Notes under the pieces: model-generated
Seen by the model: the letters and a program-made list of their open reading frames with translations, nothing else
What the model was told of the DNA's origin: nothing
The model's database searches: none
Part shown: piece by piece, positions 56,845 to 64,000 of the stretch
How positions within the stretch are numbered: position 1 is the first letter of the stretch
Layout: every line of letters begins with the position of its first letter
Program-made: the position numbers and the translations under genes
Origin: an uncultured Campylobacterales bacterium
Lineage (GTDB): Bacteria > Campylobacterota > Campylobacteria > Campylobacterales > Sulfurimonadaceae
Length of the DNA: 64,000 nucleotides
NCBI GenBank assembly: GCA_964014335.1
Contig: CAXGZT010000001.1
Span: 926 to 64,925 of the forward strand
Direction: 5' to 3'

Positions 56845-57690
56845 CTATCCGCTCTTCTTTGTCAAATGAATAAATATTGCGAACACAAGGATAAGCATAG
56901 AGACGGCAGCGATGAGCATCGCCGCATAAGGAAGGTCCTTGTAGTCAAAAAGGGAGATCTTGAAAACGACCAAAAGAGACTCGATCAACAGGGCGATGAT
57001 AATAGAGACCGAAAACTTTAAGAGCGTTTTGGCATTAAAGCCCTCGCTTTTGTGATGTGTATTGGGCAGGACCTCCTGATCTAAGATCGTTTTCCCCAAA
57101 TCATACACGGCCAGCCCCAAAGTCAGTGCGATGATAGGCTTGAACACTGTCTCCAGGGTCAGCGTCTTCAAACCGATAAAATAGCTTCCAAAGTCATAAA
57201 AACCGTATCCCACCAGAAAAACGCCGAAGAACAAAAGCCCCCCGCCTATACAGGCATAAGCAAGCTTATTGACAAGGTTCATCCCTTTTTTTGTCTCTAT
57301 CAGGTCGAAGCGTTCCAGGAGATAGCGCACCCTCAGGTCCAAAAAGAGGTATCCCCTCTGCGTTCTGCAGACAACGGTAACACACAGATGATCTGTTGCA
57401 ACCGAGATATAAGGCTCGCTGACAAAAAACTCCTTGCCCTCCTCTTTCAACAGATATTTTCGGCTTTGACTGTCGGCCACATCTTCTCTTCTGCTGCGAT
57501 AAATATTCTGCGAGTCTTGAATGCAGTTTTCATCCGTCGTATAGACGAGTTCCAAAGAGGGAAAGCTTTTATAAAGCTTTTTTTCAATCTGCTCCAGAGA
57601 CAGATTCAAATCGATCTGTTGTAATGCCGCGTGGATAAAGGGAAGTATTAGGTTTTTATTCTTGTTATATATATTCACTAAATTTTGCAT
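56845..57690 (-). CDS. Membrane protein with N-terminal sensor-like domain
   Basis: 281 aa with a soluble N-terminal ~135 aa followed by 4 hydrophobic segments. The family was not recognised. Confidence 0.5.
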   Translation of the reverse strand: MQNLVNIYNKNKNLILPFIHAALQQIDLNLSLEQIEKKLYKSFPSLELVYTTDENCIQDSQNIYRSRREDVADSQSRKYLLKEEGKEFFVSEPYISVATDHLCVTVVCRTQRGYLFLDLRVRYLLERFDLIETKKGMNLVNKLAYACIGGGLLFFGVFLVGYGFYDFGSYFIGLKTLTLETVFKPIIALTLGLAVYDLGKTILDQEVLPNTHHKSEGFNAKTLLKFSVSIIIALLIESLLVVFKISLFDYKDLPYAAMLIAAVSMLILVFAIFIHLTKKSG

Positions 57691-57813
57691 GACAGATTAT
57701 ACAACGGTTCTGGATTAAAAAAGTGCATAAAATGTTTATATTTTAATCTTATCTTCTTTTTTAGGCAAGGTGATGCTATAATTTATCCTTACACCTACAA
57801 CTCTAGGAAAAGA

Positions 57814-58287
57814 ATGAACCTAACACATTTAGACGAAAATGACAGACCGAAGATGGTCGATGTCTCTGATAAGAATCAGACTACGCGCGTCGCCGTGGCC
57901 AGCGGAAAAATAAGCATGAGCCAAGAGGCTTATGATGCTATTTTGGCCCAAAAGACGAAAAAGGGACCCGTCATACAGACTGCCGTTATCGCGGCTATCA
58001 TGGGTGTGAAAAAGACCAGTGAACTTATCCCCATGTGTCACCCGCTAAACCTTTCGGGGATCAACTGCGATATAGAAGAGCTGCCCGAACTTCCCGGGTT
58101 TAAACTCTTCGTCACCGCGAAGCTGACCGGCCAGACGGGTGTTGAGATGGAGGCCTTGACCGGAACCAGCATAGGCCTTCTGACCATCTACGACATGGTA
58201 AAAGCCATTGACAAGAGCATGGTTATCTCAGATGTGCAACTTGAGTCCAAAGAAGGAGGAAAAAGTGGTGAATATAAACGATCTTGA
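57814..58287 (+). CDS. moaC: Cyclic pyranopterin monophosphate synthase
   Basis: [18 protein letters not shown]..., LIPMCHPL and GVEMEALTG motifs. Start at ATG 57814. Confidence 0.93.
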   Translation: MNLTHLDENDRPKMVDVSDKNQTTRVAVASGKISMSQEAYDAILAQKTKKGPVIQTAVIAAIMGVKKTSELIPMCHPLNLSGINCDIEELPELPGFKLFVTAKLTGQTGVEMEALTGTSIGLLTIYDMVKAIDKSMVISDVQLESKEGGKSGEYKRS

Positions 58288-58534
58288 TCAGAAACTTGAG
58301 CTCGATTACCCCTGTACCTGGTGCTACAAGCTTATTTCGGAACATGAAAAACATACAAAAGAGGCTGTTCTTGATGTAATATCCGAAAGAATACATACTC
58401 TGAGCCACTCTAACAGCAGTAAATCAGGCAAATACGTCAGCATGAATTTAGAACTTTTAGTGCAAAATGAAGATGACAGGAACTTTATTTATGAAGCACT
58501 CAAAGCCCATCAGAAAATAAAAATGGTCTTATAA
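58265..58534 (+). CDS. DUF493/YbeD-like small protein
   Basis: [12 protein letters not shown]... resembles the YbeD N-terminus (F/YPC.. motif). Probable GTG start around 58265-58268, overlapping the moaC end. Confidence 0.55.
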   Translation: MVNINDLDQKLELDYPCTWCYKLISEHEKHTKEAVLDVISERIHTLSHSNSSKSGKYVSMNLELLVQNEDDRNFIYEALKAHQKIKMVL

Positions 58535-58546
58535 ACAAGGATAAAC

Positions 58547-59614
58547 ATGAACAGCGAAAAACTAGAACGTGACTTATTGGATAAATGCGTGAGACTTGAA
58601 GGTCTTGATGAGAGTGAGCAAAAAAAAGAAGTCACCGATGTTTTAGCGCATCTGGAGAAAGAGTGGAGCGTCGACATCTCTCAGATAGGGGGTCATGAAC
58701 TTAAGGCCCTCAGTTCATCTATAATCTCTCAAGCGACCAGGAGTTTGACCGACGAACTCGAAAGCCTTCTCCTGCAAAAAGAGCGTATAGAACGTCAGCT
58801 TGATAAGAAGACGCACGAGCTTCAGAGTCACAAGCACCGTCTCTTTTCTCTGATTGAAGAGAGCATCAAGGAGAAAGGAGCAAGCACAGAGACCATCCAC
58901 AGACTGCATAGTCTTGAGATTCAATCCATGGATCTGCTGACTCTTCTTGAGGAGATGGTCGAATCTGCCATTATAACGACCTTGGAAAAGGGCTCAAACA
59001 TCGAAGAGACCATAGAAGAGCTTGCCAAAGAGATCACCCTGCAGACTCTTGATGAAGGTATCCTCTCGGCCATTCGAATCCGCCATATCATCTCTACCAT
59101 TCTGCAGACAGCCATTGATGTTGCCGAAGCCACACCAAACTCGGCCAATGCGATTCTGGAGGGGACGATCAAAGGAATGCGCACGGGTCTTATCCGCGCG
59201 CTGGATCGTTTCAAACAGAAGTTTCTGTTCACTCCGGATGAGGCGAAGATGGTATTTATCGAAGACCCTCGGACCCTGTATAACGAGTTGCATCACACCG
59301 ATGCCCTTTTCATTCAGACTATCGAGGCCCTGGCCGCGCAAAGTACTCCGAGCATCAAGGCCGAACTGGAAAATATTCTTGCCGATATACGTTACGACAT
59401 GGAGGAGTTGACGCTCATCTCAAAAGAGACCTTGGAGATTTTAGGTGACAGGCTTTCCGTTTTTGCAAAAGAAGCGATGCAAAAAAGCTCGAATATCCTT
59501 CAGTCTAAAAAAGCACAAGAGGCAAAAAAGATGGGTGTGCATGCCTGGGGCGTTGCGCGTTCCGTGCTTGACGGGGCTATCAAAGGCGCCAAGGATGCGA
59601 TAGACAAGAAATAA
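58547..59614 (+). CDS. Hypothetical helical protein
   Basis: 355-aa ORF with an SD-like AAGGA upstream. Helical, coiled-coil-like composition and no recognised domain. Confidence 0.5.
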   Translation: MNSEKLERDLLDKCVRLEGLDESEQKKEVTDVLAHLEKEWSVDISQIGGHELKALSSSIISQATRSLTDELESLLLQKERIERQLDKKTHELQSHKHRLFSLIEESIKEKGASTETIHRLHSLEIQSMDLLTLLEEMVESAIITTLEKGSNIEETIEELAKEITLQTLDEGILSAIRIRHIISTILQTAIDVAEATPNSANAILEGTIKGMRTGLIRALDRFKQKFLFTPDEAKMVFIEDPRTLYNELHHTDALFIQTIEALAAQSTPSIKAELENILADIRYDMEELTLISKETLEILGDRLSVFAKEAMQKSSNILQSKKAQEAKKMGVHAWGVARSVLDGAIKGAKDAIDKK

Positions 59615-59672
59615 TGCCTTAAAACGCTTACCCTGAAGAGGCTCCAAGGTGCTGCTCACACCTTTTATGTTT

Positions 59673-60413
59673 CTATTTGATCGCCAAAGGCTTTGGTCCG
59701 CTACTCTTCTCATACCCCATGAAACCGTTTCCCTCGATAACTCTGGCTATAAGACGGTTGTACACTTCTCGCATCTGCGAATAGTTCGTCATGGTTGCCG
59801 CAGCGTCCAGACCGGTGAAAGCCTTCTGCGTCGATCGCCTCTCCGCGCGAAGGGAGCGAAACTCTTTATACGAACGATGGCGGTTAAGATTAAGCATATA
59901 ACGCGCAATAGAATCATCCAGGGTGTCAAAAATACGGAGCTTATGGGTGGCGTTCTCATCCCGTCCTTCGGGTATTATCCCTTTCTTTCCCCAGGTCCAC
60001 TCCCCAAAAAGATTATTCCCTTCTCTGGCGAAACGGCTGTCCCCCCAGGCACTCTCTACGGCAGATTGTGCCAGGACCAAGGAGACAGGGATAAGATCGA
60101 TCTTTTCCAGATACTCCTGCTCGTTATACATCTCTTTTATACGGTATTTTTTGGAGATCTTTATCAGTCTGATCATATCGTAACGGGTTTTTAGACTATT
60201 GGTAAAAAGGTATTTGTGAAAAAATTTTTTGATGAAGGCGCGGTCAGACAAGATCTGTTTCTCGGCCTTTTTAATCTTCGGAAGGAGGGTGCCCACAAAG
60301 GCTGCTTTCTTCACCCTTGAATCGCGAATCTTATAATACTTCTCGCCGAAACCCGGTTCAAAGGCACTTATGTTTGAGAACAAAAAAAGCAATACAAGCC
60401 AAACCCTAATCAA
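59673..60413 (-). CDS. Glucosaminidase-domain protein (Bax/FlgJ-like muramidase)
   Basis: LAQSAVESAWGDSRFAREGNNLFGEW matches the mannosyl-glycoprotein endo-beta-N-acetylglucosaminidase signature. Signal peptide present. Confidence 0.8.
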   Translation of the reverse strand: MIRVWLVLLFLFSNISAFEPGFGEKYYKIRDSRVKKAAFVGTLLPKIKKAEKQILSDRAFIKKFFHKYLFTNSLKTRYDMIRLIKISKKYRIKEMYNEQEYLEKIDLIPVSLVLAQSAVESAWGDSRFAREGNNLFGEWTWGKKGIIPEGRDENATHKLRIFDTLDDSIARYMLNLNRHRSYKEFRSLRAERRSTQKAFTGLDAAATMTNYSQMREVYNRLIARVIEGNGFMGYEKSSGPKPLAIK

Positions 60414-60430
60414 TAAGTCACCCGCCTATC

Positions 60431-61171
60431 TTATATCTGTGTTACAAAGACTTTTCGTACATCTCCGGTAAAGGTTATTATACCATCTTCGTATCCCAAA
60501 TAAAGCTGGTCTCCGCTTGTGGGAATGACCAGACTCTTCTCACCTACTCTCTTCTCCCCGTTTGCCCGGTAAAAACAAGCTGCCATACCTGTCCCGCAGG
60601 CGAGTGTCTCATCCTCGACCCCACGCTCATAGGTACGTACTTTAATATGGTCCTTTTCTATGGCTGCAATATTCACATTGCAGTTGTATCTATGGCGGAG
60701 TTCTCTGGCTTCTTGAATGTCGAAGTTCTTTATATCTGCATCAAAAGTAACCAGATGCGGAACACCCGTATCTATAAGCCACCAGTTTTTTCCATTTATA
60801 TTGATCTCTTTATCCAGGATCTTCGGCGGAGTCAGGTCGCTCTTGACACGATCACCATCTACTTCACAGGCGATCTCCCCTGCCAGAGTCAAAAAGCGCA
60901 TACGCGCAGGAGCCAGACCGTTGTTCAAGGCATAATGGGCACAGGCCCGAGTACCGTTTCCGCACATCTCGGCAGAACTTCCGTCGGCATTATAAAAGCA
61001 CCATTCAAAATCAAGATCGGGGTGTGGAACAAGTACGATAAGCCCATCCGCACCAACGCCTTCTTGGCGATGGCAAAGCTTTTTAGCCAGGGCAGAGAAA
61101 TCCTCTTTTATAAAGCTATGAAAAATAACAAAATCGTTTCCGCTTGCCGAATATTTTGCGACCTGTCTCAT
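60431..61171 (-). CDS. dapF: Diaminopimelate epimerase
   Basis: SASGNDFVIF, CGNGTRA and ACGTG (the two catalytic Cys regions). Confidence 0.92.
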   Translation of the reverse strand: MRQVAKYSASGNDFVIFHSFIKEDFSALAKKLCHRQEGVGADGLIVLVPHPDLDFEWCFYNADGSSAEMCGNGTRACAHYALNNGLAPARMRFLTLAGEIACEVDGDRVKSDLTPPKILDKEININGKNWWLIDTGVPHLVTFDADIKNFDIQEARELRHRYNCNVNIAAIEKDHIKVRTYERGVEDETLACGTGMAACFYRANGEKRVGEKSLVIPTSGDQLYLGYEDGIITFTGDVRKVFVTQI

Positions 61172-61792
61172 CTACTTGTACCTTTCACTATAATTATTAT
61201 CTTCTTTGAGTCTATCTACAAAGGCTTCACATTCAGCTTGAAGATGTTTCAGGTTCTTACTGTTGTCAATGACCCAGGTCGAGCGTTTTTTCTTCTCGTC
61301 TATGCTCATCTGAGAGTTGATACGAACCATGGCTTCTTCTTCGCTCAGCCCATTCCGCTTCATATAACGTTCAAGCTGGATCTGCGGCGGTGTATAAACA
61401 ACAACGCTGTCTTTGATGTCATAAGCACCGTTTTCAAAAAACAGGGGGATATCGATCAGATAAGGGAATTCACGTGCATCAAAGTCTAAAGAGCGTCTCT
61501 CTATCTCTTCTCTGATAAGGGGGTGTATAAAGGCTTCAAGCTCTTTCTTCTTCTTTTCGTCTGAGAAGATTATCTTGCCGAGGTTCGCACGTAGAACCCT
61601 TCCCTTTCGTACGAACTCCTCGCCAAACATCTCTGCGATCTTTTCATGATGAAGATCTAAAAGTTCATGGGCGATGGCGTCAGCGTCTATAACGGCAATG
61701 CCGTAAAGTTTCATAATACTGGCTACCGTACTCTTGCCTGTGGCTATTCCGCCCGTCAAAGCGATAGCATACTTATAAAGCTTATCCGTCAT
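61172..61792 (-). CDS. coaE: Dephospho-CoA kinase
   Basis: IALTGGIATGKSTV P-loop and typical length. Confidence 0.9.
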   Translation of the reverse strand: MTDKLYKYAIALTGGIATGKSTVASIMKLYGIAVIDADAIAHELLDLHHEKIAEMFGEEFVRKGRVLRANLGKIIFSDEKKKKELEAFIHPLIREEIERRSLDFDAREFPYLIDIPLFFENGAYDIKDSVVVYTPPQIQLERYMKRNGLSEEEAMVRINSQMSIDEKKKRSTWVIDNSKNLKHLQAECEAFVDRLKEDNNYSERYK

Positions 61793-62337
61793 TAATTCTT
61801 GATAATGCCTCTGTATGTCGAACGGATATAGTTTGGCATGGCAAAGCTTGAGACATGGATATCACAGTTATAGTAAGAGAGGCCGTCGATCAGGTCTGTG
61901 CGGTGCAGGATAACATCTGCCGTCGGATGATACTCTTTACTCGCAAGAATCATTGTCTTGCCTTCTGCCTTATATGGCATAACGACTTTAAAATACTCGC
62001 CTATCGCATTAAGCTGCTCTTTACTGGCAGACTCGTCATCAAGAGAAGCATTAAGAGAGGAGATAAGCCCATCTTCTTTAACGATGCGGTTTAGGTGAGC
62101 GTATGTCGCACGCGAAATTTCTGCGGACGAGTCGATCAATACGATATCGTAAGCGCTATCCGCACCGTTGGCAATACTGTCCAGTCCGCCAACTGTTATC
62201 TCTAGGCCCTTATGGCGCGCAAGCTCGTTTTGAATCCCTTCCGGTGCATTACTGATCAAAAGTAAGCTTTTAGGAGCCTTGTGCGAACACACAGGAACGT
62301 GTGCCATCATTTCATTATAAACAAATTCTTTACTCAT
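61792..62337 (-). CDS. Short spermidine-synthase-like protein
   Basis: 181 aa resembling the C-terminal catalytic part of aminopropyltransferases (YDIVLIDS..., HPTAD...). It lacks the usual N-terminal domain. Tentative. Confidence 0.45.
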   Translation of the reverse strand: MSKEFVYNEMMAHVPVCSHKAPKSLLLISNAPEGIQNELARHKGLEITVGGLDSIANGADSAYDIVLIDSSAEISRATYAHLNRIVKEDGLISSLNASLDDESASKEQLNAIGEYFKVVMPYKAEGKTMILASKEYHPTADVILHRTDLIDGLSYYNCDIHVSSFAMPNYIRSTYRGIIKN

Positions 62338-62464
62338 ATTACATTATCCTAAATAGATTAGCCAATCGTGACTGTTTTTTAATTATCGGGATTTTAGCAT
62401 GTTAGGATTAAAGAGGTTTGAAAGGAAAAGTCTAAATTAAAGAACTTAGACTTAAAAGGAGTAC

Positions 62465-63088
62465 TTACAAGTAGGTACAAATCTCATCCAGAGGCAAACG
62501 CACCTTCTCAGGCTGATCCTTCAATCTCTTTCCAAAGGTGACAATCAAGGCCACCGACCTCTCTTCTCCGTCAATCCCCAGACTCTTCTCCACTGCTTTT
62601 TGATCAAAGCCTTCAATAGGACAGCTGTCAATACCTTCAGTGGCCGCATATGTCATCATATTCCCCGCAGCAATATAAACCTGTTTTGCCGCCCAATCCT
62701 TGTAAAAACGGGGGTTCCCTTCTGCCTTCGCTCCCAGGAAATCACCGTATACACCCATATAAAGGTCAAACATCTCTTGTGGCATGTTTTTACGTCTGAA
62801 CATCTCTTCGACATAAGGAGAGCCCGGCTCGATCAAGCTGTTTTTCGTCACAAAAACAATCAGGTCGCTGCATGAAGTGATCTGCACTTGATCCCAGCAG
62901 GAAGGACGAAGCCTCTCTTTAATATCCTGAGACTGTACCAGCAAAAACGACCAAGGTTCCATTCCGAAAGAAGAGGGCGAGAGCCGTCCCACTTCTAAAA
63001 TATTCCGGACTGTTTCCTTATCGATCTTTTTCGTCTCGTCAAAGATTTTGCAGGCATGTCTAAAGTTCATCGCATCCAGAAAGTTCAT
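62465..63088 (-). CDS. Nitroreductase-family NAD(P)H:flavin oxidoreductase
   Basis: RHACKIFD..., GRLSPSSFGMEPWSFLLV. Confidence 0.85.
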   Translation of the reverse strand: MNFLDAMNFRHACKIFDETKKIDKETVRNILEVGRLSPSSFGMEPWSFLLVQSQDIKERLRPSCWDQVQITSCSDLIVFVTKNSLIEPGSPYVEEMFRRKNMPQEMFDLYMGVYGDFLGAKAEGNPRFYKDWAAKQVYIAAGNMMTYAATEGIDSCPIEGFDQKAVEKSLGIDGEERSVALIVTFGKRLKDQPEKVRLPLDEICTYL

Positions 63089-63090
63089 CT

Positions 63091-63633
63091 CTATGCTCTC
63101 CTTGATAGTTTTTCTTTGTCTAGAACCTTAGCCAAAATATTCACAGGAAAACTTGAAGAGAGAAATCTATACTCATTGTCGACATAGGCGAAAGAGTCTC
63201 TAGCCCGCATCAAAGAGAGTCTCATCTGGTCTAACTGCTGCGTTACGGGTGAACTGAACGCCGAGATATGTTCTTTGGCATCATGTTCTAGATGAAGCAA
63301 GAACTCATAAAACTCTTTTGCTTTCAGGCCATCCACGTCGCCCAATACCGGAAAATCTGAATGATGCTCTCTGACGTAGTCCTGAAGTTTTTCATAAAAG
63401 TCCTTGTCATGGGTCATGAGGGGTTCCAGTTCCTTTAGGATATAAGAGAGCTGATGACAATGTTTTTGCATCAGAACATGAAGTTCATAAGACTCTTTTT
63501 CAAGCTTTTGGCGTTTATTCATCCATATGATATAAAAGATAGCTATCGTGACTAACAAGACTAACAAAGTAAACCCGAGCATTAAAAGAACTGTCATATC
63601 GAGACCCTTTAGAAATTTCACTAATAGTAACAA
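63091..63633 (-). CDS. Membrane-anchored hypothetical protein
   Basis: A single N-terminal TM segment then a helical domain. Start ambiguous (63633 or 63597). Confidence 0.45.
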   Translation of the reverse strand: MLLLVKFLKGLDMTVLLMLGFTLLVLLVTIAIFYIIWMNKRQKLEKESYELHVLMQKHCHQLSYILKELEPLMTHDKDFYEKLQDYVREHHSDFPVLGDVDGLKAKEFYEFLLHLEHDAKEHISAFSSPVTQQLDQMRLSLMRARDSFAYVDNEYRFLSSSFPVNILAKVLDKEKLSRRA

Positions 63634-63651
63634 TTAAAAACTGAAATAATT

Positions 63652-63981
63652 CTATGGTTTTGAGACTAATTCGACTCTTTTTTGTTCCAAAAGTAGAGAC
63701 AGCTCCTGATATCTGGGATTGTAAGGGCTCTCGAAGCTTCCTAATAAGACTATATATTTTTCATAATTTTTCCAGACCCTATCTGAAGAGTCGGGACGGC
63801 CCCGTTTTATAAGTTCAAATGATACCGCTGCATTGATGAACCCCTTGATCAGTTTCATCTCTGTATCATCTTCGAAACGTCGCGGAAACCATATCTTTTC
63901 CAAGGTTTCATGTGCGTCATAATAACGTGTTTCATTTATACACTCAACAAACTCGTTTATCAACTCTTCGTGCCTAGTCAT
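63652..63981 (-). CDS. DUF309-like protein
   Basis: INETRYYDAHETLEKIW...FINAAVSF matches the DUF309 pattern (F..g.Y.eAHE.LE..W). Confidence 0.6.
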   Translation of the reverse strand: MTRHEELINEFVECINETRYYDAHETLEKIWFPRRFEDDTEMKLIKGFINAAVSFELIKRGRPDSSDRVWKNYEKYIVLLGSFESPYNPRYQELSLLLEQKRVELVSKP

Positions 63982-64000
63982 CGTTTTCCTCTAATATCTG

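Noticed and set aside
60647-61489. 280-aa plus-strand ORF across dapF/coaE
   Set aside because: It is antisense to two genes with catalytic motifs (SGNDFV/CGNG/ACGTG and the GKST P-loop), and it has no motif of its own.
1-64000. Search for prophage, integrase, toxin-antitoxin, restriction-modification or known defence-system genes
   Set aside because: I recognised no corresponding motifs in any ORF. The only candidate, the AAA/DUF4143-like ATPase at 36329-37399, is a widespread orphan ATPase with no partner genes here.

Overview
The window looks like chromosomal DNA from a chemolithoautotrophic member of the Campylobacterota. The cues are gene content and order: a ribosomal S10/spc cluster lacking L30 and adk, a CetB-like PAS taxis protein, and Hydrogenobacter-type multi-subunit 2-oxoacid:ferredoxin oxidoreductases. 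A Sulfurovum/Sulfurimonas-like origin is only a guess.

Layout:
- 1-18.4 kb: two paralogous OFOR operons (reductive-TCA-type CO2-fixing enzymes). They bracket tig, an LRR protein, a hemerythrin, a STAS-less SulP-like permease and a DabA/DabB-type (DUF2309 + NuoL-like) inorganic-carbon pump operon. That operon carries an extra membrane subunit and a small Cys/His protein.
- 18.5-25.3 kb: a COG0523 metallochaperone GTPase, an OmpR-type response regulator, a PAS protein plus an MCP with a CZB zinc domain, tRNA-Ser(GGA), rubredoxin, cytochrome c553 and a fatty-acid desaturase.
- 25.4-36.0 kb: infA-map-secY and 21 ribosomal protein genes, all on the minus strand.
- 38.2-45.1 kb: the most unusual region. 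Five tandem ~44-codon genes, missing from or mis-called in the ORF track, encode Sec-signal peptides whose 24-aa mature parts carry HHM and HxxM motifs. A secreted K/Q/G-rich mini-protein sits among them. Next come an NDH-2-like flavoprotein, an OprC/NosA-like TonB-dependent receptor with CxxxM and HxM motifs, and an HK/RR pair. Four promoters here share one direct-repeat operator architecture.
- 45-64 kb: housekeeping and envelope genes (RDD, MFS, two DUF481 OMPs, MscS, NFACT, LeuC, GGDEF, MoaC, DapF, CoaE and others).

I recognised no transposase, integrase, CRISPR array or rRNA.
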